Source: a virus
Strand: one strand, 5' to 3'
DNA: 64,000 nucleotides
IMG/VR virus record: IMGVR_UViG_3300030202_002001
Coordinates: 31,561-95,560 of that record
Made by a program: the position numbers and the translations under genes. Of the stretch, positions 12,101 through 21,404 are shown piece after piece; position 1 is the first letter of the stretch; each line of letters begins with the position of its first letter. Under the pieces are notes generated by a model that saw only the letters and a program-made list of their open reading frames with translations, searched no databases and had not been told where the DNA came from.

Positions 12101-15100
12101 TGCGACAATCACAACTGCTGATATCGATGTACTCGATGCAAGACAGACAAATATTACTGGATTAGCAGTCACCGATATTGTCGGTACTGCTGCTACTATC
12201 ACGACAATTGATGCCACAGAAGGCGATATTGTCAACGCTAAGATCACTGCTGGTGTTGTAACCTCACTGGTTGGCACCTACGCTACGATCACCACGGTCG
12301 ATATTGAGACCCTGGATGCAAAGCAAACAAATATTACTGGATTAGCAGTTACTGACATTGTTGGTACTGCAGCAACTATCACTACGGTTGACTTTGAAGT
12401 TGCAGACATTCTAAATGCAACTGTCTCGGTTGGTATTGCAACCTCTGCATTCGTACAAGCTGGTTTCATTACCTCACTGTATGACTCCACTGGTGTAGTT
12501 GGTCTCAATACTCAGCACATGCTGAGCACCAATCCTGATGGCACAATCACCTGGCGTGAACCTGCACAGATTGGTATCGCTACAATCAATGCCAAGTTGG
12601 ATACATGGTTTGTATCTACTAATGGTGTTGACGATGATGATGCATCTCGTGGACGCACAGCAGAGAGGCCGTATAGAACTGTTGCATATGCTCTTTCACG
12701 AATTTCTCAGGTTGGTCCCAACGATGTCCTAAACATCTCCGCTGGTGTTTATGAAGAAGTCTTCCCACTGACTGTTCCAGCTGGTCTGACAGTCAAGGGT
12801 GCTGGTCTCCGTGCAACCAAGATTGTTCCTACCACTGCTACTAAGCAGAAGGACTGCTTCTTGATGAATGACAGATCAGTCGTCGAAGATATCACTATTG
12901 GTGATATGTTCTTTGACACTGCTGGCAATCAGGGTTATGCGTTTAAGTTTGCTCCTGGTATTGCGATTACAAGCAGATCACCTTATGTTCAGAGAGTCAC
13001 TGTATTCAACAAAGGTAGTAATACTACTGCTGCTGATCCTTATGGTTATGGATCTGCTGATTCTGCACCTTCCTCCTACATCGCTGGTGGTGGTGCATAC
13101 ATCGACGGTTCTGAGGTAGCATCAGGATCTCTTGAGGCTGCGTTCCTGTTCAATGAAGTTACTTTCATTGTACCGAACAGCAAAGGTCTGATTATGACCA
13201 ACGGTGCTCGTACTGAGTACCTGAACTGTTTCTCTTACTTTGCTGCTGAAGCAATCAAGGGTACTTCTGGATCTCTTGGTATTAGTTCTGCTGGTGAGAC
13301 AAGACTAAGACTGACTGGTATCACTACTGTTGGTGTTGGTAACACGATTACTGTCTTTGATACTGACGGAACTACTGGCGTTGCGACTGCTATTGTTGCT
13401 TCTTATGACGGCACTTACATAGGTGTAACTGGTAAGCAAACTGGTTTTGAACTTCTGAATGCTAGAACTGCTAAGGCAGTTACATTCAACGATGGTGCTC
13501 AATTAGACACAACTGTCAAGAAGTTTGGTAGTGCATCACTCGCACTTGACGGAACCAATGATTCTATCAGCGTTCCTTCTAGTGGTGATATTGGCTTTGG
13601 CACTAATATAGACTTCACGATTGAATTCTGGGCATACGCAAATACAACTGGTCTGACTAGCGCAACTCTCTTTGACTTGAGAGATAACGGCACCGATGCT
13701 GAAGGTATCAGTGTTGCATTCCGTGCTGCTGGTGAAGTTGATATGCGGGTTGGTACTACCACCGCTATCACTGGATCTGGTGCAGGCATCGCTACAGGCG
13801 TCTGGAAGCACTATGCACTTGCTAGAGACGGCACAAACACTAGATTATTCGTTGACGGTACTCAGAGGGGCATCAAGACCTCAGATACAACTGACTACGG
13901 TGCGTCTAAAGGTATTGTAATTGGTGCTGATTTTGATGGTGCAAGTCAAAATGTCACTGGTTGGATTGACGATTTCAGAATTGAAAGAGGAGTTGCCAAG
14001 TACACCGCTAACTTTACTGCTCCTACTGCTGCACATACTGGCGATAAGGACACTGTTCTCTTACTCGACTTTGATGGTGCAAGTGGAGTAACCACAACCA
14101 CTGACAATGTAATCCGCAATCAAGATATCCGCATCACTCAAGCGGGTGGCGGTATCGGAACTGCAACTAAGGTTATCCTTGCTGACTACAGCGAGTTCGG
14201 TGCGGACATGCGTTCGGTCGGATGTGCTGTTGAATATGGTCAGAAGGGTGTCATCGCTGATGGTGATGGCGTAAGTCTGAGAATGTTTGCCCTGAACTTC
14301 AACCATGTTGGTTCTGGTGGCGACTTCACAAACGATCCTAACCTGGCAATTCAGGCGAACGAAGTCACTGAACTAAACAACGGTGATGTATCTTTCGTAA
14401 GTATTGATCAAAGAGGAGACTTCAGAGTTGGTGACGCATTCTTCGTTGATCAAGAAAACGGTACGGTATCGTTCTCACAGCAGGTAACCAGCCTCCAAGC
14501 ACTTTCTTCTCTCCAAATTACTGACGGAACTAACAGCAGCACTGTTACTCCTACAAGCGGTACATTCGGTAATATCCAGATCTCTGGAAACAACATTGAA
14601 TCTACCTCAGGTGATATCAACATTGACCCTGCTGGTGCTGGTGATATCAACATCACTGGTGATGTCAATGTCCTGGGTATCCTAACTGCGACAACTATCC
14701 AACTTGACTCTTTCCAGAAGAACGATACTTCTATCGCTCTGGATGATTCTGGCGCTAACGGCACTATCAGATTCAATACTGATAATGTTGAGGGTATGCG
14801 TCTCGACGCTAATCAGAAGTTGGGTATCGGCACAGCCGCACCTAGACAAAGATTAGATGTTCTTGACACTGCTAAGTTTGAAAGACTTGATGTAACTGGC
14901 GTATCTACATTTGCTGAAAGAGTTGATTTCAACCTCAGCATTGACGCAGTTGACGCAAAGATTACTGCAGGTGTTGTAACATCGCTGGTTGGTACATTTG
15001 CCACCATCACTACTTTTGATACTGAGACCCTAGATGCTAAAGATGTAAACATCACTGGTCTTGCTGTAACAGACATTGTTGGTACTGCTGCAACAATCAC

Positions 15101-15956
15101 AACAATTGATGCAGAAGCACTTGATGCTTTTGACGCAAAACTCACTGGTATTGCTGTTACAAACGCAGTATTCACTGGCATTGCATCCTTTAAAGATAAT
15201 GCCAAACTGCACTTCGGTGATGATGATGACCTCTCCATTTACCACGATGAGAATAATTCATACATCGATGATTCTGGAACTGGCACCCTTGCAATCCGTT
15301 CTAATCAGGTAGAACTTCAGAAGTACACTGGCGAAACTCTTGCCAACTTTACTGCTGATGGTGCTGTTACTCTATTCTATAACAACGGCATTAAGTTCGA
15401 GACATTAGCAATTGGTGCTAGTATTCGTGGCGTAACTCAGACTGGAACAATCGATGTTGCTACTAATGCAAACATCCATTCCACTCTGACTGTAGATCAA
15501 GGAACAATTCTTACAGGAATTGTAACTAGTTCTGCTGGTATTGAAGCAATCAACATTAATGTCTCTGGCATTCTCACCACTAACAACTTTAGAGTTACTG
15601 GTGTAACAACGATCTCCGATGTCACGATTGGCGCTGGCTCTTCCTCAACCAAAATAAATACCAATACTGGAGAACTTGTTCTTGATTCTGCTGCTGGTCA
15701 GGTAACTGTCCAAGACAATCTGAGCATAATCGGTTACGGAACATTCCGTGACGGTCTATATTACAGATCGGATCAAGGCGGAATCAATGGTATTGGATAT
15801 AGCGGACCTAACGGTGTTGCATTCTTTGAAGCAGATGGAAGACTGGTTAGCGGTCTTAGCACTGTAGGATTCTTAACAACCTCCAATTACATGCTAACCA
15901 CAGATGAGAACAACATTCCAATTTGGTCTAACAGTGTTGATGGAGGAACATTCTGA
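9189..15956 (+). CDS. Tail fibre / receptor-binding-like protein (2255 aa)
   Basis: Gly/Thr/Val-rich; NIAIG-type beta-roll repeats; ~60-aa internal repeats; pectin-lyase-like segment (WFVSTNGVDD...PYRTVAYAL...GVYEE); LamG/ConA-like domain (DFTIEFW...WKHYALARDG...GWIDDFRI). Confidence 0.75.
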   Translation: MSATILLKRTLGTSPPNIAPVGTGVSFGELVYAYDTSDVGAGKSYKKLYIGSPSGPGFAPIPIGGEYYTSLFNDNPSDYGKPQASKVLILDDQAKVASWFVVDDFYTAGVGTVAGNFTVGGNLNVTGDLVYDEANARNWNVTGIATAATLDVGAAGFSTLGVTDFRAVTGVVTTLSGTSADYYEVNVGHALTANNVEVTGVSSFSNITFSNDIIRVGRDAAVGLSSADSSIFIGDFAGAGIGQTVLNRRNIAIGASAMQYAGILSSSDELESNIVMGNFAGYRLQGTKNLMIGDKVGFALSSSGNDENIALGNQSMYGETFPVVDGVTLSVTVGEQTAVANYDQTEDVTETSGSGVGLLVRLQTGNTGLITNIEIMAPGDGYEVGDTFTMPFGFQTLTGSVTSKNGRFLGGGTGTRQQQRNIAIGPYTLFSVDGSKNIAIGYSAGNDTLGSGNVIIGYERNVAIGDSDNQLVIGNQNINWIDGNQLGYVGIGTTRPFGLLDVGGVVIVDKGTGNTVIAGVTSVPQIDANDIGVEDIKVTAGLATDFAITNAKIQSGIITDTVGTAATITNVDFVNADIEDVKITVGLATDFAVTNLRSQVAIATNAYIDVGVVTSLVGTYATITTFDSNEGDINTLKTVAGVVTSLTGFGVTYNTADFENLDAFDAKITTGIITSLVGTYVTFQDADFQKDVRVGGALTVVGDLTVNGTTSFVQSSVVQITDKNIELGFSSTGGHADATADNGGIIVKGTTDKEFLYDQAREAWESNLKFTPSADGTLDIGTTDREWKDIYIDGTAHLDAADILDAKITAGIITSQVGTYATIGTVDIETLDAKDVNITGLAVTDIVGTAATITTIDATEGDIVNAKITAGIITSLVGTAATIGDVNITGDLRVGGATTFTGNVTFNGGTIGLGDSTTDNIVFTGEVDSDIVPDDDDTFDLGSAAKEWKDIYIDGVARVDDLIVDSTVGTYATITTADIDVLDARQTNITGLAVTDIVGTAATITTIDATEGDIVNAKITAGVVTSLVGTYATITTVDIETLDAKQTNITGLAVTDIVGTAATITTVDFEVADILNATVSVGIATSAFVQAGFITSLYDSTGVVGLNTQHMLSTNPDGTITWREPAQIGIATINAKLDTWFVSTNGVDDDDASRGRTAERPYRTVAYALSRISQVGPNDVLNISAGVYEEVFPLTVPAGLTVKGAGLRATKIVPTTATKQKDCFLMNDRSVVEDITIGDMFFDTAGNQGYAFKFAPGIAITSRSPYVQRVTVFNKGSNTTAADPYGYGSADSAPSSYIAGGGAYIDGSEVASGSLEAAFLFNEVTFIVPNSKGLIMTNGARTEYLNCFSYFAAEAIKGTSGSLGISSAGETRLRLTGITTVGVGNTITVFDTDGTTGVATAIVASYDGTYIGVTGKQTGFELLNARTAKAVTFNDGAQLDTTVKKFGSASLALDGTNDSISVPSSGDIGFGTNIDFTIEFWAYANTTGLTSATLFDLRDNGTDAEGISVAFRAAGEVDMRVGTTTAITGSGAGIATGVWKHYALARDGTNTRLFVDGTQRGIKTSDTTDYGASKGIVIGADFDGASQNVTGWIDDFRIERGVAKYTANFTAPTAAHTGDKDTVLLLDFDGASGVTTTTDNVIRNQDIRITQAGGGIGTATKVILADYSEFGADMRSVGCAVEYGQKGVIADGDGVSLRMFALNFNHVGSGGDFTNDPNLAIQANEVTELNNGDVSFVSIDQRGDFRVGDAFFVDQENGTVSFSQQVTSLQALSSLQITDGTNSSTVTPTSGTFGNIQISGNNIESTSGDINIDPAGAGDINITGDVNVLGILTATTIQLDSFQKNDTSIALDDSGANGTIRFNTDNVEGMRLDANQKLGIGTAAPRQRLDVLDTAKFERLDVTGVSTFAERVDFNLSIDAVDAKITAGVVTSLVGTFATITTFDTETLDAKDVNITGLAVTDIVGTAATITTIDAEALDAFDAKLTGIAVTNAVFTGIASFKDNAKLHFGDDDDLSIYHDENNSYIDDSGTGTLAIRSNQVELQKYTGETLANFTADGAVTLFYNNGIKFETLAIGASIRGVTQTGTIDVATNANIHSTLTVDQGTILTGIVTSSAGIEAININVSGILTTNNFRVTGVTTISDVTIGAGSSSTKINTNTGELVLDSAAGQVTVQDNLSIIGYGTFRDGLYYRSDQGGINGIGYSGPNGVAFFEADGRLVSGLSTVGFLTTSNYMLTTDENNIPIWSNSVDGGTF
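11604..12400 (+). repeat. Imperfect 180-bp (60-aa) coding repeats in the fibre; a further copy at ~14955-15150
   Basis: Unit AKITAGxxTSLVGTYATITTVDIETLDAKxxNITGLAVTDIVGTAATITTIDATEGDIVN; aatattactggattagcagt recurs at 12150 and 12330. Confidence 0.8.
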
Positions 15957-16777
15957 TGGCAAAACCAACAACTAGACAGGAACTCAAGGATTATGCCCTA
16001 AGGCAACTTGGGTATCCTGTCTTAGAGATCAATGTAGCTGATGAGCAAGTAGACGATCATTTAGATGATGCCCTTCAATTATTTTATGAGCGTCATTTTG
16101 ATGGCGTAGAAAGAGTTCTTCTTAAGTACAAAATCTCCGAAGATGACATCAAACGAGGCAGAGCAAGAGGCGCAAGCAACACTCTTGGTATTACTACTTC
16201 TACTACAACATCTGGAGACTTTGAAGAAAATTCAAATTTCTTAAATTTACCCGATGCAGTTATTGGTGTTGAGAAACTTTATCTTTTTGATTCTAGTTTC
16301 ATTGCCAACAACATGTTCAGTTTCAAATATCAATTGTTTTTGAATGATGTTGCATTTAATCTTGGATATAGTGGCCTTCTCAGTTATGCGATGACGAAAA
16401 CATATATTGAAGATATTGATTTCTTACTATCTACAAACAAACAGATCAGATATAACAAAAGAAATAATCGACTTTACTTAGATGTAGATTGGGGTGCTAT
16501 TTCTGCAGGAACCTACATAATTATTGACTGCCAAAGAATCATGGATCCTGCAAATTATGCTGGCGTCTATAACGATTCTTTCCTCAAAAAATATTTCACA
16601 TATCTCGTTAAGAGACAGTGGGGTCAAAATCTTATAAAATTCCAAGGAGTCAAACTTCCTGGAGGTGTTGAATTAAATGGTAGACAAATTTATGAGGATG
16701 CTGTAATGGAACTACAACGCATCGAAGATAAGATGCTTTCCACATATGAAGTCCCACCTCTTGATCTTATTGGGTAA
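15956..16777 (+). CDS. gp13: Neck protein gp13
   Basis: MAKPTTRQELKDYALRQLGYPVLEINV...KRQWGQNLIKFQGVKLPGGVELNG; synteny. Confidence 0.92.
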   Translation: MAKPTTRQELKDYALRQLGYPVLEINVADEQVDDHLDDALQLFYERHFDGVERVLLKYKISEDDIKRGRARGASNTLGITTSTTTSGDFEENSNFLNLPDAVIGVEKLYLFDSSFIANNMFSFKYQLFLNDVAFNLGYSGLLSYAMTKTYIEDIDFLLSTNKQIRYNKRNNRLYLDVDWGAISAGTYIIIDCQRIMDPANYAGVYNDSFLKKYFTYLVKRQWGQNLIKFQGVKLPGGVELNGRQIYEDAVMELQRIEDKMLSTYEVPPLDLIG

Positions 16778-18207
16778 TGGCGTTAAATCCTTTCTTTCTT
16801 CAAGGATCTCCTAATGAGCAAAATCTCATTCAGGAGATCATAGACGAACACCTAAAAATGTTCGGTCTTGATTGCTATTATATTCCTAGAAAGATGATTG
16901 TCACCGATGATGTTCTCGGTGAGGTGCAGTCATCCAAATTTAATGATGCATATATTTTAGAAGCATATCTCAATAACTACGAGGGATATGCTAAAGGTAG
17001 CGATATCATGACTAAGTTTGGTATCAATCTTCAAAATGAAATTACTCTAACTATTTCTAGGGAAAGATACGAAGACTTTATCGCTCCATTTGTAGTTACC
17101 CATAATGCAAAAAACGCTGGAAATGATATTGTTTTTGGTGAAAGACCTAAAGAAGGAGATTTAATCTACTTCCCGCTCGGTGAAAGATTATTTGAAATCA
17201 AACATGTAGAGTTTGAGAATCCATTCTATCAACTTGGTAAGAATTATATCTACGAACTTAACTGTGAACTATTCCGTTATGAAGACGAATACATCGATAC
17301 TGGCGTATCCACTATTGATGAGAGAGGAATGGAAGAGGGTGAGACAACCACTGTTATTCTTGCTGGTATTGGTTCTACTGCAACTGCAATTGTTGACTCC
17401 TTCGCTAGCCAAGGTGCATTAGGACAAATTTTCCTTAACGATGATGGATATGGTTATACTAGTGCGCCGACCGTCACTATCGCACCTTCTCCTGCTGGTG
17501 TTACTTCATCTAGGGCAGGTGCGTTCGCGTTTACAACAGAAAGATCAGGTTTGTATTCTGTCGAACAAGTAGTCCTACAAAACCCTGGATTTGCATACAC
17601 AGAATCACCAGCGTTCACATTTGGCGGTCCTGGTGTAGGTGCCGCGGCCACAGCATCACTTACAAATAGTGGTATTACTTCTATTCGTATTACTGATCTT
17701 GGGACAAATTATGTATCTCCTCCCATCATTACTATTCAACACCCCTCGGATGTTGGCATTGGTACATCAGGCGCTACGGTCGGTGTAAAAGCGGGTCAAG
17801 TACAAGCAACTGCAATTTCTATTCTTGATGGGGATAGTATTAGTAGAATATTCTTGACTAACGCTGGATCTGGATATGAGGGTGTACCAGAAATTAGTAT
17901 TGGCGACCCATTATCGCTTGGTGTGGGAACATATTTCTTCAATGAAAGGGTGGTTGGATCGCAATCTGGAGTAGAAGGATATGTGAGATCATTCAATACA
18001 ACTGATAGAAAACTAGAAGTTTCAATAAATACTGGTAAATTCTTCCCTGGTGAATTTATTACTGGAACGGCATCTTCTGCAAGATATCAAATATTAAGTC
18101 ATAGTGGAATTGATACTACTACCAATTTTACATTCAATGATGAGTTTGAGACTGAGGCAGATTCAATTCTAGATTTCACTGAAATTAATCCGTTTGGTAC
18201 TTTCTGA
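16777..18207 (+). CDS. gp14: Neck protein gp14 with internal repeat insertion
   Basis: MALNPFF...EQNLIQ, PKEGDLIYFPL, PFYQLGKNY, C-terminal DFTEINPFG. Confidence 0.9.
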   Translation: MALNPFFLQGSPNEQNLIQEIIDEHLKMFGLDCYYIPRKMIVTDDVLGEVQSSKFNDAYILEAYLNNYEGYAKGSDIMTKFGINLQNEITLTISRERYEDFIAPFVVTHNAKNAGNDIVFGERPKEGDLIYFPLGERLFEIKHVEFENPFYQLGKNYIYELNCELFRYEDEYIDTGVSTIDERGMEEGETTTVILAGIGSTATAIVDSFASQGALGQIFLNDDGYGYTSAPTVTIAPSPAGVTSSRAGAFAFTTERSGLYSVEQVVLQNPGFAYTESPAFTFGGPGVGAAATASLTNSGITSIRITDLGTNYVSPPIITIQHPSDVGIGTSGATVGVKAGQVQATAISILDGDSISRIFLTNAGSGYEGVPEISIGDPLSLGVGTYFFNERVVGSQSGVEGYVRSFNTTDRKLEVSINTGKFFPGEFITGTASSARYQILSHSGIDTTTNFTFNDEFETEADSILDFTEINPFGTF

Positions 18208-19007
18208 TGTTAGGCACTTATTTTTATCACGAGATTTTACGAAAGACTGTTATTGCTTTCGGAACTCTATTTAACGAAGTCCACATCCAAAAAGAGGATA
18301 AAAGTGGAAATACAATCAGTGATCTGAAAGTTCCTTTAGCGTATGGTCCTAGATCAAAGTTTCTTGCAAAACTTGAACAGCAGCAAGAACTTGCAAAGGC
18401 AACTGCAATCACTCTTCCTAGAATGTCATTTGAGATGAATAGTCTCTCATATGATCCTACTAGGAAAACTTCAGTAACTAAAACATTTAAAGCCGTTGAT
18501 AATAAAGATAGAGTAAAGAAAGTATTCCTCCCAGTTCCATACAATGTTGGGTTTGAACTTAACATAATGACTAAGTTGAATGATGATGCTCTACAAATTG
18601 TTGAACAAATTTTACCATTTTTTCAACCATCTTTTAATGTTACTGTAGATTTAATAAACTCTATTGGTGAGAAAAGAGATATTCCAATTGTATTAGAGAA
18701 TCTTACATTCACAGATGAGTATGAGGGTGATTTTTCTACAAGAAGAGTTCTCACATATACTTTGAATTTTAGTGCAAAAACATATCTATTCGGTCCTATT
18801 GCCGAGAGTACAGATGGACTTATCAGAAAAGTACAAGTGGACTACTACTCTGATACTGATAGACAGACTGCTAAGAGGGAAATGAGGTACACTGCTGAAC
18901 CAGATCCAATCACAGCAGAACCAGGTGATGACTTTGGATTCAGTGAAACTAATACATTCTTTGATGATGGTAAAGTCTACAGTCCTACTAGGCAGGAGGA
19001 TGTATGA
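18207..19007 (+). CDS. gp15: Tail sheath stabiliser/terminator gp15
   Basis: YFYHEILRKTVIAFGTLFN, VPLAYGP, LPRMSFE, QIVEQILPFFQP. Confidence 0.92.
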   Translation: MLGTYFYHEILRKTVIAFGTLFNEVHIQKEDKSGNTISDLKVPLAYGPRSKFLAKLEQQQELAKATAITLPRMSFEMNSLSYDPTRKTSVTKTFKAVDNKDRVKKVFLPVPYNVGFELNIMTKLNDDALQIVEQILPFFQPSFNVTVDLINSIGEKRDIPIVLENLTFTDEYEGDFSTRRVLTYTLNFSAKTYLFGPIAESTDGLIRKVQVDYYSDTDRQTAKREMRYTAEPDPITAEPGDDFGFSETNTFFDDGKVYSPTRQEDV

Positions 19008-19411
19008 ATGACTTTACTAAAATCGATGAGTCTTTAAATACGACTAGTGAACCCATCGATGTTACTCCCATAAAAAAAGAAAAACCAGATCGTCTTACTA
19101 AAGATGATATTACTAAAGATTACGAGTACACTAGGTCAAATCTATATTCTTTAATTGAGAAGGGACAAGAAGTATTGAACGGTATTATGGAACTTGCTGA
19201 GGAGACATCATCTCCTAGGGCATATGAAGTTGCTGGTCAATTACTAAAGAATGTCGCTGACAACACAGACAAATTAATGAAACTCCAAAAAGACAAGAAG
19301 GAAGTAAATGAAGAAGTTAAAGGTCCAACTAGTGTGACAAACAATGCTATGTTTGTTGGTAGCACTGCAGAGTTACAAAAGATGTTGAAAGAAATGAATA
19401 AAAAGTCATGA
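19004..19411 (+). CDS. gp16: Terminase small subunit gp16
   Basis: DYEYTRSNLY, SPRAYEVAGQLLK, NNAMFVGSTAELQKML. Confidence 0.9.
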   Translation: MNDFTKIDESLNTTSEPIDVTPIKKEKPDRLTKDDITKDYEYTRSNLYSLIEKGQEVLNGIMELAEETSSPRAYEVAGQLLKNVADNTDKLMKLQKDKKEVNEEVKGPTSVTNNAMFVGSTAELQKMLKEMNKKS

Positions 19412-19626
19412 ATGGCTTAGACCCAGATGAGTGGTATTGTAGTGTAAATATGGGGATAGATGAAGTAAGAGCAATGTATTCTCATCTAGTATATTCTTTA
19501 CAGATGTGGCCAGGTTCTCCTGCAAGACCAGCAGAGGAGCAGGAATTTTTAATAGCGATGAAAGAGAAGTATTTTGCTATGTTGATGGAATATAACTTCT
19601 CCGAAAACGATCCTATCGATAAATAA
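19408..19626 (+). CDS. Hypothetical protein
   Basis: ATGA overlap with gp16; WPGSPARPAEEQ motif. Confidence 0.6.
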   Translation: MNGLDPDEWYCSVNMGIDEVRAMYSHLVYSLQMWPGSPARPAEEQEFLIAMKEKYFAMLMEYNFSENDPIDK

Positions 19627-19646
19627 AAATGCCTCATTAATTAAAT

Positions 19647-20075
19647 ATGCCAGAAGAAGTCAAGAAGGAAGAACCTAAAAAGAAAAGTCTTCTGGGTAAA
19701 ATCAAGGAAGCAGCAGATGACAAGGAAGAACAGCTTGCAATTCTCTCTACTTTTGTCCGCCTTGGTATTCTTGTCTGGTCTGGGGGAATACTCACGCTGG
19801 CGTATATCAAACTTCCACCAGCACTCGGTATTCCAGAACAAAAACTAGATCCGACTTTCATAGCCAGTGTTTTTACTGGGGTTTTAGCTACTTTTGGTGT
19901 CCAGGCAGCAAAGGGTAAAGGAGAAGGTGGAGGTAATGGTGGTGGTATCACCAAAGAACAGATGGAAAGACTGATCGAGAAGGCAGCACAAACTGCGCCA
20001 TCACAGACCATTCGTTTTGAGCAGGGACCAATCAAAATTACTACTTCGGAATCGGACGAAAAATTTAAGATGTAG
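19647..20075 (+). CDS. Hypothetical membrane protein with two predicted TM helices
   Basis: Hydrophobic segments FVRLGILVWSGGILTLAYI and FIASVFTGVLATFGV; GATAAATA upstream. Confidence 0.7.
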   Translation: MPEEVKKEEPKKKSLLGKIKEAADDKEEQLAILSTFVRLGILVWSGGILTLAYIKLPPALGIPEQKLDPTFIASVFTGVLATFGVQAAKGKGEGGGNGGGITKEQMERLIEKAAQTAPSQTIRFEQGPIKITTSESDEKFKM

Positions 20076-20120
20076 AGGGAGTATTACTAAATAGTAGGCA
20101 GGAAGTTGCTTACTATAAGC

Positions 20121-20822
20121 ATGTCTATCAAATATTCTGAAATCTCTGCTTTTTTAACAGAGGCGAAAAAAAAGAAACCTCTAACTACAGGCGATTGTGA
20201 TGCACCTGGGGTAGACGATTCTGTCGCAAAAATTACTGAAGAGACAGACATGAGGTACTGTCCTAAGTGTGAGAAGATGGAAGTTAGGGAAGAATGTTCT
20301 TATGGTCCCGATTATTGGGATTCATTTGCTATTAAGAATGTCTCTCAGAAAGTAGAAGAGGGCATTGTTAATGAATTTGTTGGTGGCAAACCTGGGGACG
20401 GATATATTGGTCACCCCAATCTAGATATTAAAAATCCACTTGCTAGGAAACAGGTTAAAGGTCCCACTGGTAATAAAGGACTTGCTGGAAAACTTGGTGA
20501 TAGAAAGATGAGGATGGATTCCATGATGAAGCAGCTCAATCAATCTTTTGATCCTGAAGGTGAGACTATTGAAGAGAAGTCTGCTGCATGGCAACGCAGT
20601 TCTGGTAAGAACAAAGAAGGTGGACTTAACGAGAAAGGTCGTAAGTCTTATGAGCGGGCGAATCCTGGTAGCGACTTAAAGGCACCTCAACCTGAAGGTG
20701 GTTCTAGAAAGAAATCATTCTGTGCCAGAATGGGCGGAATGAAGAAAAAACTTACAAGTTCCAAGACAGCTAATGATCCTGATAGCAGGATCAATAAGGC
20801 TTTACGCAAGTGGAAATGCTGA
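20121..20822 (+). CDS. Late protein, putative internal head protein with basic C-terminal domain (DUF6321-like)
   Basis: CTAAATA at 20087-20093; ATG 20121 preferred over track TTG 20106; C-terminal AWQR..GKNKEGGLNEKGRKSY...SFCARM...SRINKALRKWKC. Confidence 0.65.
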   Translation: MSIKYSEISAFLTEAKKKKPLTTGDCDAPGVDDSVAKITEETDMRYCPKCEKMEVREECSYGPDYWDSFAIKNVSQKVEEGIVNEFVGGKPGDGYIGHPNLDIKNPLARKQVKGPTGNKGLAGKLGDRKMRMDSMMKQLNQSFDPEGETIEEKSAAWQRSSGKNKEGGLNEKGRKSYERANPGSDLKAPQPEGGSRKKSFCARMGGMKKKLTSSKTANDPDSRINKALRKWKC

Positions 20823-20974
20823 TGAAAACTTTTAAAGATTTTTGCCTAGAGGCTAAGAAAGAAAAAAAGAAATATCATTTGAAATTTGCTCCTATAGATA
20901 TGAATTATAGGAAATATAATATGCCGACAGCGCCTCGTGGAGATTACAAACCACCTAAGACTGTGGATGTGTAG
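20822..20974 (+). CDS. 50-aa protein with T4 internal-protein-like capsid-targeting N-terminus (not in ORF track)
   Basis: Manual translation MKTFKDFCLEAKKEKKKYHLKFAPIDMNYRKYNMPTAPRGDYKPPKTVDV; TGATG coupling. Confidence 0.65.
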   Translation: MKTFKDFCLEAKKEKKKYHLKFAPIDMNYRKYNMPTAPRGDYKPPKTVDV

Positions 20975-21028
20975 ACAGATACCTCTAAATAGACCTATAA
21001 TGTATCTGTAGGATAACCTATAGGAGTA

Positions 21029-21340
21029 ATGATGTCTGACAAAGAATTTTCAGATTTTAAATTAGAGCGTAAAGAGTGTGAAAAGTGTGGAGCAACCTGG
21101 ATCAATGGGACTCATATCTGGCGTGGCACTGGCGGTTCATCTAATACTAGTGAGCTTGACCTTGCTGGTCTTGTTTGTAATAAACTAGGTGATGAGAAAT
21201 GTATTAATCCCAAGAAGGGACAAGACGGAGGTCAGACTTGGGAGTATAGGATGGGATACATTGACGGAGTAATGAAGGAGAAAAAAGAGTCAATGGAGAG
21301 AATGAGAGACTTAGGAAATGATATGGGATTTGAGTTCTGA
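21029..21340 (+). CDS. Hypothetical Cys-containing protein
   Basis: AGGAG SD; CEKC...C..C pattern. Confidence 0.7.
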   Translation: MMSDKEFSDFKLERKECEKCGATWINGTHIWRGTGGSSNTSELDLAGLVCNKLGDEKCINPKKGQDGGQTWEYRMGYIDGVMKEKKESMERMRDLGNDMGFEF

Positions 21341-21404
21341 AACGCTGATATTTTCCTAGTGAAAGTATAAAAAGAGTGCTAGATAGTATAGTTGCAAACA
21401 CTCA

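Noticed and set aside
11604-15150. Fibre repeats as a CRISPR array or DGR template/variable pair
   Set aside because: They are in-frame coding repeats with mainly synonymous divergence, no spacers, no adenine-specific pattern, and no cas or reverse transcriptase gene in the window
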